A stretch of 64,000 nt of DNA from Bacteroidales bacterium (GCA_028708845.1 JAQVXZ010000007.1:20898-84897), one strand, 5' to 3'; positions 35,459 to 44,911 are shown, numbered from the stretch's first letter. Translations and numbers: made by a program. The notes: generated by a model not told the origin, from the sequence alone.

Positions 35459-38400
35459 ATGACCTTTTCTGAGAACAATTTTGAGAACGCTATTTTGGAG
35501 ATATTTAAGGATAATCTTGGATATCAGTATTTCTATGGTCCTGATGTTAAGAGGGATTTCCAATCTCCATTTCATGAGGATTTGCTTGTGGGGTCTTTGT
35601 TTGAGATAAACTCTATGTTACCTAAGGAAGCCATTAATGAGGCTATTTATAAGCTGAAGAATGTGGAGACTGGCACTTTGGTGCAGAGAAATATTAGGTT
35701 TATGGATATGCTTCAGAATGGGGTGGAGGTTAATTATTATGATGGTAAGGAGCAGAGGTCATCGAGGGTGAAGCTAGTGGATTTTGAGAATGTGGATAGG
35801 AATATCTTTTCGGTAGCTAATCAATGGACTTTTGAGGAGTTTTCTCTTAAGAGGGCAGATATTATTGTTTTTGTTAATGGTCTGCCGCTTGTTGTGGTGG
35901 AACTTAAATCGCCTTCGAGACAGGAAACTGATGTTAGTGCTGCGTATAGGCAACTTAGAAATTATATGAAAGAGATTCCTTCTTTGTTTGCCTTTAATGC
36001 TTTTGTGGTTATGAGTGACCAGGCGTTTTCTAAGGCTGGGACTATTACGGCAAGTGAGGATAGGTTTATGGAGTGGAAGACTGTGGATGGTGGGTATGAG
36101 AATACTAAGCACGCTAGTTTCGATACTTTGTTTGAGGGTATGTTTGAGAAGAGGAGGTTATTGGATATTATTCAAAACTTTATTTGTTTTTCTAAGCAGG
36201 GTAAAGAGGAGGCTAAGATTTTGGCTGGTTATCATCAATATTATGCTGTTCGTAAGGCTATTAGTTCTACGGAAAAGGCTGTATTGTCTGATGGGAAGGG
36301 TGGAGTTTTTTGGCATACTCAAGGGAGTGGTAAGTCGCTGTCGATGGTCTTTTATGCTAAGCTTTTGCAGGAGAGTTTGAACTCGCCTACTATTGTGGTT
36401 ATTACGGATAGGAATGATTTGGATGATCAGCTTTTTTCTCAGTTTGCTTCTTGTCAGGATTTCCTTCGTCAAGTGCCTGTTCAAGCTCAGTCACGATCTC
36501 ATCTTACTCAGCTTTTGAATGGGAGAAAGGCTAATGGGATTTTCTTTTCCACTATGCAGAAGTTTGAGCAGGGGAGTGAACCACTTTCTGAGAGAAGGAA
36601 TATTATTGTTGTGGCTGATGAGGCTCACCGTAGCCAGTATGGTTTGGAGGAGAGGATTACTAAGGAGGGTGAGATTAAGATTGGGGCGGCTCGGATTATT
36701 CGTGATTCTCTGCCTAATGCTACATTTATTGGTTTTACCGGTACTCCTATTTCTTTAAAAGATAGGTCAACTCGTGAGGTATTTGGTGATTATATTGATG
36801 TTTATGATATGACTCAGTCGGTGGAAGATGGGGCAACTCGTCCTGTCTTTTATGAGAGTAGGGTTATTAACTTGAAGCTTAATGACGAGGTTTTAAGGCT
36901 TATTGATGATGAGTATGATAGGCTGGCAGATGAGGCTGAGGGTTATGCTATTGAGAGGAGTAAGAGGAGTTTGGGGCGTTTGGATAGCATATTAGGGAGT
37001 GATAAGACGATTGAGAGTTTGTGTGATGATATTCTTATTCATTATGAGGAGTGTCGTCAGTATGAACAGACAGGTAAGGCTATGATTGTTGCTTATTCGA
37101 GGGAGATTGCACTTAAGATTTATCATAGGTTACTTTTTTTAAGACCTTCTTGGACTGATAAGGTGGCGGTTGTGATGACTTCTTCGAATGATGACCCTGA
37201 AGAGTGGAGGGAGATTATTGGCAATAAAACGCATAAGGATGAGCTTGGAAGGAGGTTTAAGGATAATGAGGATAGCCTGAAAATTGCTATTGTTGTGGAT
37301 ATGTGGCTTACTGGTTTCGATGTTCCTTCGCTTTCTACTATGTATGTTTATAAGCCTATGAGGGGACATAATCTTATGCAGGCTATTGCTAGGGTTAATA
37401 GGGTTTATAAGGATAAGCAAGGGGGTTTGATTGTGGATTATGTTGGGATAGCTTCTGCTTTGAAACAGGCTATGAATGACTATACCAAGAGAGACCAATC
37501 GAATTTTGGAGAACAGGATATTGCTAAGACTGCTTATAGGGAGTTTAGGAATAAGTTAATGGTTTGTAGGGACCTTATGCATGGGTTTGACTTTGGAGGT
37601 TTTCTTACGGCAACAGATCTTGAGAGGGCTAAGCTTATAAGTGGTGCTGTTAACTTTCTGTCTGACAAAAGGAGAGAGGAAACAAAAAAGACATTTATTA
37701 AGGAGGCGCTACTGCTTCATAATTTCTTATCGCTTTGCAAGAGTATTGTTGAGTATGATGATAGGATTGAGGCGGCATATTTTGAGGCTGTGAGGACTTT
37801 GATAACAAGGGTTTTGTCTCCTGGAAAGATTTCTCTAAGGGAGATAAACCAAAGGGTTAATGATCTACTTTCTCAGAGCATTAAGAGTGAGGGGGTGATT
37901 AATTTATTTTCCGATTTTGAGAAAGAGTTTTCGCTTTTCGACCCTAAGTTCTTGGAGGATATTCGAAATATGAAGGAGAGGAATATTGCTATTGAGCTTT
38001 TGAAGAAGTTGATTGCTGAGCAGGTTCATGTTTATCAGAGGACTAATGTTGTTAAGAGTGAGAAGTTTTCGGATATGTTATCTAATGCTATGAGTAATTA
38101 TTTGAAAGGACTACTTACTAATGAAGAGGTTATTCAGGAACTTATTAGTATGGCTCATCAGATTATGAATGCCGATAAGGAAAATTCTGAACTAGGTTTG
38201 AGTAGTGAGGAGCAGGCTTTCTATGACGCCTTAACTAAGCCTGAAAATGTGAAAGATTTCTTTGAAAATGACCAGCTAATTGCTATCACAAAAGAGCTTA
38301 CAGAGGCTTTGCAGAAAAATAAGACAATTGATTGGCAGAAGAAAGAAACAGCAAGAGCAGGTATGAGGAGGATTATTAAGAGGCTTTTGAAGAAATACAA

Positions 38401-38476
38401 CTACCCACCAGAAAAAACCGATGATGCATTGGAAACGATTTATCGTCAGTGTGAGATGTGGGCAGATAATTTGTAA
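35459..38476 (+). CDS. hsdR: type I restriction endonuclease subunit R
   Basis: N-terminal nuclease motif ADIIVFVNGLPLVVVELKS, helicase motif I TQGSGKS, motif II VADEAHRSQ, motif VI QAIARVNR, and a C-terminal HsdR helical domain. Confidence 0.95.
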   Translation: MTFSENNFENAILEIFKDNLGYQYFYGPDVKRDFQSPFHEDLLVGSLFEINSMLPKEAINEAIYKLKNVETGTLVQRNIRFMDMLQNGVEVNYYDGKEQRSSRVKLVDFENVDRNIFSVANQWTFEEFSLKRADIIVFVNGLPLVVVELKSPSRQETDVSAAYRQLRNYMKEIPSLFAFNAFVVMSDQAFSKAGTITASEDRFMEWKTVDGGYENTKHASFDTLFEGMFEKRRLLDIIQNFICFSKQGKEEAKILAGYHQYYAVRKAISSTEKAVLSDGKGGVFWHTQGSGKSLSMVFYAKLLQESLNSPTIVVITDRNDLDDQLFSQFASCQDFLRQVPVQAQSRSHLTQLLNGRKANGIFFSTMQKFEQGSEPLSERRNIIVVADEAHRSQYGLEERITKEGEIKIGAARIIRDSLPNATFIGFTGTPISLKDRSTREVFGDYIDVYDMTQSVEDGATRPVFYESRVINLKLNDEVLRLIDDEYDRLADEAEGYAIERSKRSLGRLDSILGSDKTIESLCDDILIHYEECRQYEQTGKAMIVAYSREIALKIYHRLLFLRPSWTDKVAVVMTSSNDDPEEWREIIGNKTHKDELGRRFKDNEDSLKIAIVVDMWLTGFDVPSLSTMYVYKPMRGHNLMQAIARVNRVYKDKQGGLIVDYVGIASALKQAMNDYTKRDQSNFGEQDIAKTAYREFRNKLMVCRDLMHGFDFGGFLTATDLERAKLISGAVNFLSDKRREETKKTFIKEALLLHNFLSLCKSIVEYDDRIEAAYFEAVRTLITRVLSPGKISLREINQRVNDLLSQSIKSEGVINLFSDFEKEFSLFDPKFLEDIRNMKERNIAIELLKKLIAEQVHVYQRTNVVKSEKFSDMLSNAMSNYLKGLLTNEEVIQELISMAHQIMNADKENSELGLSSEEQAFYDALTKPENVKDFFENDQLIAITKELTEALQKNKTIDWQKKETARAGMRRIIKRLLKKYNYPPEKTDDALETIYRQCEMWADNL
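35486..35515 (+). repeat. direct repeat DR2b (functional hsdR 5' end)
   Basis: aacgctattttggagatatttaaggataat; partner of 33607-33636. Confidence 0.85.
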
Positions 38477-38550
38477 GGGGAGAATGAGGAGAAAAAAAGA
38501 CGACATCGGGTTATGGACATCGTCTAAATTGTAGTCGTTTAGTAAAGCTT

Positions 38551-38802
38551 TTAATTTACTATCAGCTTCTTAGTTTGATTCAATACTTTAACCTGATAAA
38601 TACCTTTTGCAAAGCTTGTTAAATCAATGCTCAACTGTGTTTGGTTTGGTTGTAGGTTATAGGTCTTTACTTTTCTTCCTGTGATATCATATACAAACAC
38701 GTCAGCAGATTTTGTTAGTCCTTCTACTTCTAATATTGCACTGCCTGTGGTTGGGTTAGGGTATAGCTTTGTTTGTGTTTCTGTGATAAGGATATCGTTT
38801 AG
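38551..38802 (-). repeat. near-identical 3' segment shared with the neighbouring LRR paralog (copy 1)
   Basis: About 250 nt encoding the T9SS CTD, almost base-for-base identical to 39688-39939. The LRR bodies are much more diverged. Confidence 0.85.
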
Positions 38803-39666
38803 GTCAGATTCACATGTTATATTGGTAAATTCACTCCAATAATCAGCAGCTTGATATGCAGCTATGGATGCACAAGGTACGTAAACTGGTATTGTCCTGG
38901 ATACAAGCAAAAATGAACTATCTTGAATGCTTGGAGGGATTAAGGCATTGGAGGTTATTGAGCTTAAGCCAGTACATTTATTAAAAGCCAACGTTTTAAT
39001 TGTAGTAACTGAATTAGGAACGATTAAGGATGTTAGTCCAATACATCCTTCAAAAGCTTTTTCTCCAATTGTAATAAGAGAATTAGGAAGAGTTATGGAT
39101 GTTAAACTTCGACAGTTTAAAAAAGTTTGGTATTCAATTGTTGTGAGAGAATTAGGAATATTTATTGATGTTAGTTCTATACAAAACCTAAAAGCTCCGT
39201 CTCCAATTGAAGTAACAGAATTTGGAATTGCTATGGATGATAATTCATAACAGCCTGAAAAAGCATATTTTCCAATTGAAGTAACAGAAATAGGAATGGT
39301 TATTGATGTTAAACCATGACAATCATAAAAGCCCCAAGATCCAATTGAAGTAACAGAATTAGGAATTACAACTGATCTTATGCTATCACAATTATAAAAA
39401 GCTTTCTCTCCAATTGATGTTACAGAATATGTATTTCCATTATGTTCTACTGTATTTGGAATTGTTATATCTCCAACGAGATCTAATAAGTTATAAGGAT
39501 GAGTATTTAATTGATAAGTAACCTCTACCTCATAAGGAGCAGTATCTGATGTTATTTTAAAATAGAAGGTTTGACCATTGCTTACGGCAGAAAAATCATA
39601 AGCTTGAACTTTTGCAGAAACTCCTATTAAGAGAATTGCAAAAATAATAAGTAATCTTTTTTTCAT
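38551..39666 (-). CDS. BspA-type leucine-rich-repeat surface protein with a T9SS C-terminal sorting domain
   Basis: Signal peptide MKKRLLIIFAILLIGVSAKVQA. About 8 repeats of IPNSVTSIG..AF..C..LTSI. CTD KLYPNPTTGSAILEVEG...GIYQVKVLNQTKKLIVN. Confidence 0.85.
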   Translation of the reverse strand: MKKRLLIIFAILLIGVSAKVQAYDFSAVSNGQTFYFKITSDTAPYEVEVTYQLNTHPYNLLDLVGDITIPNTVEHNGNTYSVTSIGEKAFYNCDSIRSVVIPNSVTSIGSWGFYDCHGLTSITIPISVTSIGKYAFSGCYELSSIAIPNSVTSIGDGAFRFCIELTSINIPNSLTTIEYQTFLNCRSLTSITLPNSLITIGEKAFEGCIGLTSLIVPNSVTTIKTLAFNKCTGLSSITSNALIPPSIQDSSFLLVSRTIPVYVPCASIAAYQAADYWSEFTNITCESDLNDILITETQTKLYPNPTTGSAILEVEGLTKSADVFVYDITGRKVKTYNLQPNQTQLSIDLTSFAKGIYQVKVLNQTKKLIVN

Positions 39667-39687
39667 GATGTTTTGATTTTTATGGGT

Positions 39688-39939
39688 TTAATTTATTATC
39701 AGCTTCTTTGTTTGGTTTAATACCTTTACTTGGTAAATGCCTTTTGCAAAGCTTGTTAAATCAATGCTCAAATGTGTTTGGTTTGGTTGTAGGTTATAGG
39801 TCTTTACTTTTCTTCCTGTGATATCATATACAAACACGTCAGCAGATTTTGTTAGTCCTTCTACTTCTAATATTGCACTGCCTGTTGTTGGGTTAGGGTA
39901 TAGCTTTGTTTGTGTTTCTGCACTTAGGATATCGTTTAG
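39688..39939 (-). repeat. near-identical 3' segment shared with the neighbouring LRR paralog (copy 2)
   Basis: See 38551-38802. Confidence 0.85.
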
Positions 39940-40940
39940 TCCAACAAAGCATTGGTAGTTAGTAAATGCAATCCAATTAGCAGCAGCTTGATAAGCATCT
40001 ATAGATTCACAAGGCACATAAACTGGGATTGCACTTGGTATTGAGAAAAATGAATTCCACTGAGCTGTTGGAGGTATAATAGCATTAGAGGTAATTTGGG
40101 TTAAGCCACTACAATTACCGAAAGCAGCATTTCCGATAGAAGTTACTGTGTTTGGAAGGGTGATTGAATCTAAGCTAGTACAGTCTATAAAAGTATTATC
40201 TTCAATTGTAGTAATGCTGTTTGGTAGGGTAACGGATGTTAAACTGCTACAAGCTCTAAAACATTCTAATCCTACTGAAGTAACAGCATTTGGAAATATT
40301 ACTGATGTTAAGTTAGTACAGAACTCAAAAGTTCTTTCACCTATGGTAGTAACAGAACTAGGAATTATTATTGATGTTAAACTAGAACATCTAGAAAATG
40401 TAGCTTTGCCTATGGATGTAATAGCATTAGGTAGTGTAATAGAAGTTAAATCAGAACAGCCTGAAAAAGCCCACTCATCAATTGAAGTAATAGAATTAGG
40501 TAGGGTGATGGATGTTAAGCTGGTGCAACTTGAAAAACAACTACTACCTATTGAGGTAACAGAATTAGGAATTGTTATTGATGTTAAAGCACTGCATAAT
40601 ACAAATGCTCCTTTTCCAATTGAAGTAATAGAGTTTGGAATTACAAATGAGTCAACATTACTATATCCAGAAAAAGCATTGTCTCCAATTGCAGTAACAG
40701 CATATGTGTTTGTATTGTATTCTACTGTTGCTGGAATTATCCTAGATCCTGCGGAATGTATTGGGTTGTAAGGATAGTCTACATTTTGGCTTGCAACCTC
40801 TACCGTATAAGGCGCAGTAGCGGATGTGATTTTAAAATAGAAGGTCTGACCGTCGCTCACGGCAGTGAAATCATAGTTTTGTGCATTTGCTGTAAATCCT
40901 ACCAGGATAATTGCAAGAATAATAAGTAATCTTTTTTCAT
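39688..40940 (-). pseudogene. BspA-type LRR / T9SS-CTD paralog whose start is out of frame because of a 1-nt shorter poly(A) tract (possible phase-OFF state)
   Basis: ATG at 40938-40940 followed by A6 (T6 at 40932-40937) gives MKKDYLLFLQLSW-stop. With A7, as in the paralog at 39659-39665, it would read MKKRLLIILAIILVGFTANAQNYDFTAVSDGQTFYFK in frame with the 390-aa ORF listed at 39688-40860. Confidence 0.7.
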
Positions 40941-40988
40941 GATGTTTTGTTTTTTTAATTCATTTAGATAATCAATTATTTAGACCTG

Positions 40989-40996
40989 CAAATCTA
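40989..40996 (-). promoter_or_regulatory. -7 box TAGATTTG upstream of the LRR gene pair
   Basis: 48 nt upstream of the ATG at 40940. Confidence 0.4.
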
Positions 40997-41113
40997 ATAT
41001 TTATTTCTTAATAACCAAAATAATTTGAAATCTTTTTTAAGAGAGTTACTTAGTATTAGAAAAAGAAATTAATACCAAGCTAAGTGCTACATTAGCTTTG
41101 AGTCAGGTTTGAA

Positions 41114-41146
41114 TAAAAAAAGGGGATAGAAAATTAATCCATCCCT
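41114..41146 (-). terminator. weak intrinsic terminator after glyQS
   Basis: On the minus strand: GGGAT-loop-ATCCC followed by a T8 run. Confidence 0.4.
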
Positions 41147-41176
41147 CGTTCTTTATGTTTAGAATATGCTTGTGTA

Positions 41177-42703
41177 TTATGCAAGGGGTTTTATGCCTTT
41201 TTGTATATATGCTGTAAGTTCAGAGATTGGGATGCGGTCTTGGTGCATGGTGTCTCTTTCACGAATAGTTACTGTTTCGTCTTCTAGGGTTTGGGTGTCT
41301 ACTGTTATGCAATAAGGTGTGCCGATAGCGTCTTGACGGCGGTAGCGTTTGCCGATAGCGTCTTTTTCATCGTATTGTACCATGAAGTCTTGGCGTAGCA
41401 TTTTCTCTATCTCTTTTGCTTTCTCTGGCATATTGTCTTTCCTTACTAGTGGTAGGATTGCTGCTTTGATAGGGGCAAGGACTTTTGGTAGGTTGAGGAC
41501 TGTGCGTATGGTTCCGTCTTCTAGGGTTTCTTCTTTGTAGGCGTATGATAGGATTGCTAAAAATGTTCTATCTAGTCCTATGGAGGTTTCTACTACGTAT
41601 GGGGTATAGTTTTCTTTTAGTTCTGGGTCGAAGTATTGTATTTTCTTGCCTGAAAACTCTTGGTGTTGTTTTAGGTCGAAGTCGCCTCTTGAGTGTATGC
41701 CTTCTAGTTCTTTGAAGCCAAATGGGAATCTGAATTCTATATCTGTTGCTGCTTTTGCATAGTGTGCTAGTTTTTCGTGGTCGTGAAAACGATACTCTGT
41801 TTCTGGTATGCCTAATGATAGATGCCATTTTGCTCTTGTTTCTTTCCAGTATTCAAACCATTTTGCTTCCTCTCCTGGGCGAACAAAGAACTGCATCTCC
41901 ATTTGTTCAAACTCACGCATACGGAATATGAATTGTCTTGCTACTATCTCGTTTCTAAATGCTTTCCCTATCTGTGCTATGCCGAATGGTATTTTCATTC
42001 TTCCTGATTTCTGAACATTTAGGAAGTTAACGAATATGCCTTGTGCTGTTTCTGGTCTTAGATATACTATGTTGGTGTCTTCGCTAAGTGATCCCATCTT
42101 GGTTGAGAACATTAGGTTGAATTGACGTACGTCTGTCCAGTTTTTTGTTCCTGATATTGGGCAAACAATTCCTAGCTCTTCAATCAAGAGTTTAACTCCT
42201 TCAAGGTTTTCTTGATTCATTAGTTCTGCAAAGCGTGAAGATATGTCGTCTATCTTTGCTTGGTTATCTAGTACTCTTTGGTTGGTTGATACAAATTCTT
42301 CTCTGTTGAAGCTGTCTCCATAGCGTTTTTCTGCTTTTTGGACTTCTTTCTCTATCTTGTCTTCTATTTTTGCAATATGGTCTTCTATCAAAACATCTGC
42401 CCTATATCGTTTCTTTGAGTCTTTGTTGTCGATTAATGGGTCATTGAAGGCATCTACGTGTCCTGAGGCTTTCCAAATCTTGGGGTGCATGAATATTGAT
42501 GAGTCAATACCTACTATATTATCGTGCATTTGTACCATCGATTTCCACCAATATTGTTTTATATTATTCTTTAATTCAACGCCATATTGTCCATAGTCAT
42601 AAACGGCAGCCATTCCATCATAGATTTCTGATGAAGGGAAAATGTACCCATATTCTTTTGAGTGTGAGATGATTTTTTTGAATAAGTCTTCGTTTTGTGC
42701 CAT
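41177..42703 (-). CDS. glyQS: glycine--tRNA ligase (homodimeric class II type)
   Basis: FPSSEIYDG start region, class II motifs (YLRPETAQGIF, FRNEI.AR..IFRMREFEQME, GLDR). Confidence 0.95.
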   Translation of the reverse strand: MAQNEDLFKKIISHSKEYGYIFPSSEIYDGMAAVYDYGQYGVELKNNIKQYWWKSMVQMHDNIVGIDSSIFMHPKIWKASGHVDAFNDPLIDNKDSKKRYRADVLIEDHIAKIEDKIEKEVQKAEKRYGDSFNREEFVSTNQRVLDNQAKIDDISSRFAELMNQENLEGVKLLIEELGIVCPISGTKNWTDVRQFNLMFSTKMGSLSEDTNIVYLRPETAQGIFVNFLNVQKSGRMKIPFGIAQIGKAFRNEIVARQFIFRMREFEQMEMQFFVRPGEEAKWFEYWKETRAKWHLSLGIPETEYRFHDHEKLAHYAKAATDIEFRFPFGFKELEGIHSRGDFDLKQHQEFSGKKIQYFDPELKENYTPYVVETSIGLDRTFLAILSYAYKEETLEDGTIRTVLNLPKVLAPIKAAILPLVRKDNMPEKAKEIEKMLRQDFMVQYDEKDAIGKRYRRQDAIGTPYCITVDTQTLEDETVTIRERDTMHQDRIPISELTAYIQKGIKPLA

Positions 42704-42736
42704 ATCTTTATTTTGTTTTATTGAGCCTTGTTTGGT

Positions 42737-43060
42737 TTATAATGTGTTTAAGATTCCAATAACTTCTTCTGCTTGTTTGATTATTGGATATATATCTTTA
42801 ACTTTCTTTTCCTTGAGTTTTATTAGCATATAGAGTATGATTTCTGCCTCTTGCTTTGTAAGAATAATGCTTTCTTTAAGTTCCTTTTCTGTTCTTCCTT
42901 CCGTAATAAACTCTATGCCTAAGCGTAGTTCTGATTCTGAACTTAGGAGTTGTGTGGTCTCTTCTCTATGCTCTTTTGTTAGCATAAAAGGTTTGGAAAG
43001 ATTGCAAATTAGGGTTGAAAGGTGGTCTGCCTTTTCTTGTAGTTCTCTTATCTTATTCAT
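42737..43060 (-). CDS. hypothetical 107-aa helical protein between rho and glyQS
   Basis: ORF tightly packed in the same orientation (3 nt after the rho stop, 33 nt before glyQS). I recognise no motif. Confidence 0.45.
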   Translation of the reverse strand: MNKIRELQEKADHLSTLICNLSKPFMLTKEHREETTQLLSSESELRLGIEFITEGRTEKELKESIILTKQEAEIILYMLIKLKEKKVKDIYPIIKQAEEVIGILNTL

Positions 43061-43063
43061 TAT

Positions 43064-44911
43064 CTAACTATTCATACTTGCGAAAAACTCGTCGTTATTC
43101 CTTGTGTTTTGTACTTGTTTTCTAATAAATTCCATTGCCTCAATAGGGTTCATATCTGCTAAGTAGTTACGCATAATGCCCATTCTTCCAACGATAGAGC
43201 TTTCTAATAATAGGTCTTCTCTACGGGTTGAAGATGAAACAAGGTCAATTGCTGGGTAGATACGTTTGTTTGATATCTTTCTGTCAAGTTGAAGTTCCAT
43301 ATTACCGGTACCCTTAAACTCTTCAAAAATTACTTCGTCCATCTTAGAACCTGTTTCAATAAGAGCTGTTGCAATAATTGTTAGAGATCCTCCTCCTTCA
43401 ATGTTTCTTGCTGCTCCAAAGAATCGTTTTGGTTTTTGAAGTGCATTAGCCTCAACTCCTCCTGAAAGAACTTTTCCAGATGATGGTGCTACGGTATTAT
43501 ATGCTCTTGCTAAACGTGTGATTGAGTCAAGAACAATAACCACATCGTGACCACATTCTGTCATTCTCTTTGCTTTTTCAAGAACTAGGTTAGCAATCTT
43601 TACGTGTCTATCTGCTGGCTCATCGAAGGTTGATGCAATTACTTCTGCATTAACTGTTCTTCGCATATCGGTTACTTCCTCAGGTCTTTCGTCAATAAGT
43701 AGTACTATAAGATATACCTCAGGGTGGTTTGCAGATATTGCGTTTGCTATTTCTTTTAAAAGAGTTGTCTTACCTGTTTTTGGTGGTGCAACAATTAAAG
43801 CACGTTGCCCTTTTCCAATAGGGGTAAATATATCGATTATTCTTGTTGAAATACTTTCTAATTTATGTCCTGTTAGTTGGAATTTCACTTCTGGGAACAA
43901 TGGGGTAAGGTAATCGAAAGGTACCCTATCTCTTATTTGGTCAGTTGTTCTACCATTAATAAGTTCTGCTCTAACAAGTGGGAAGTATTTCTCTCCGTCC
44001 TTTGGTGGACGAATAAATCCTGAAACGGTGTCTCCTGTCTTTAGACCAAATAGCTTAACTTGTGTTTGTGAAACGTAGATATCATCAGGAGAGTTAAGGT
44101 AATTATAGTCAGATGAACGTAGGAAACCATATCCGTCAGGCATTATCTCCAATACTCCTTCAGAATTAATTAGACCTTCTTTTTCGAAGTTATAAGTAAC
44201 TTTAGAAGCTTGGGTTTGTTGTGAAGAGGTATTATCGGAACTTCCTTCTGATCTGTTTCCCTCTGGTACTTCATTTTTCTCAGCCTTAGCAATCTTTGGT
44301 ATTTCTTTCTTAGGTTGAGCCTTGGTAGTATCTTCTTTTTCAATTTCTTTGTTTTCTTCTAATGGCGTTCCTACAGGTAATAGCTTAGTGTTTTCTTTAT
44401 CTATCTCTATTTCCTTTGTTGGAGCCTTGGGCTTAATCTCTGATACCTTTAAGTCCTCAAGAGAAGGAACTTCTGGAATTTCAGGTATAACAAATTCAGA
44501 TATTTCTATACTGGCAATATCCTTGCTTGCTTTTTCAACCTGCTTAGGTTTTTTCTCATCAGTCTTAGTTGTAGTAGTTTTCTTAACTTCTGTCTTCTTT
44601 GTTTCTGTCTTCTTTGCCTCTGTTTTCTTAGGTTCAGCTTTCTTGTCCTCTGTCTTTTCTTTTGGGGTGGTTTTAGATCCACCTACATTTGATTCTGCAA
44701 CTGGCTTTGGTTTTAGCCTCGTTCTTTTTGGTGCCTTTGCTGCCTTTTCTTGTTCAATATCTTCTTTTCTCGGGTTTGCTGCCTGATGATCTAATATTTT
44801 GTAGATAAGGTCTTGTTCCTTAAGTTTATTAGTTTTAGGTATTGATAGCTCCTCAGCAATAGATTTTAACTCTTCTAAAGATTTTGTGTCTAATTGAGAT
44901 TTGTTATACAT
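43064..44911 (-). CDS. rho: transcription termination factor Rho with a long low-complexity N-terminal insertion
   Basis: N-terminal [13 protein letters not shown], an insertion of about 200 aa rich in K/E/T/P, then an RNA-binding domain and an ATPase ([12 protein letters not shown] loops). Confidence 0.95.
   Translation of the reverse strand: MYNKSQLDTKSLEELKSIAEELSIPKTNKLKEQDLIYKILDHQAANPRKEDIEQEKAAKAPKRTRLKPKPVAESNVGGSKTTPKEKTEDKKAEPKKTEAKKTETKKTEVKKTTTTKTDEKKPKQVEKASKDIASIEISEFVIPEIPEVPSLEDLKVSEIKPKAPTKEIEIDKENTKLLPVGTPLEENKEIEKEDTTKAQPKKEIPKIAKAEKNEVPEGNRSEGSSDNTSSQQTQASKVTYNFEKEGLINSEGVLEIMPDGYGFLRSSDYNYLNSPDDIYVSQTQVKLFGLKTGDTVSGFIRPPKDGEKYFPLVRAELINGRTTDQIRDRVPFDYLTPLFPEVKFQLTGHKLESISTRIIDIFTPIGKGQRALIVAPPKTGKTTLLKEIANAISANHPEVYLIVLLIDERPEEVTDMRRTVNAEVIASTFDEPADRHVKIANLVLEKAKRMTECGHDVVIVLDSITRLARAYNTVAPSSGKVLSGGVEANALQKPKRFFGAARNIEGGGSLTIIATALIETGSKMDEVIFEEFKGTGNMELQLDRKISNKRIYPAIDLVSSSTRREDLLLESSIVGRMGIMRNYLADMNPIEAMEFIRKQVQNTRNNDEFFASMNS

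Noticed and set aside
36015-36758. Alternate-frame and antisense ORFs inside hsdR (36015-36380 +, 36158-36484 -, 36519-36758 +, 35774-36112 -, 37139-37498 -)
   Set aside because: They lie wholly inside a strongly supported 1005-aa hsdR reading frame. Their translations are R/L-rich low-complexity sequence typical of off-frame reading of a G/T-rich gene.
38497-38526. Hairpin after hsdR as an intrinsic terminator
   Set aside because: The only pairing is 5-6 bp (GACGA...TCGTC) with mismatches and no T-run. That is too weak to call.
40148-40771. 207-aa plus-strand ORF, and the similar one at 38927-39250
   Set aside because: They are antisense to the LRR genes. The repetitive LRR coding sequence happens to stay open on the opposite strand, and there is no start context or promoter.
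44322-44786. 154-aa plus-strand ORF antisense to the rho insertion region
   Set aside because: It is the mirror image of the low-complexity K/E/T coding repeat (S/F/V-rich) and has no independent signals.
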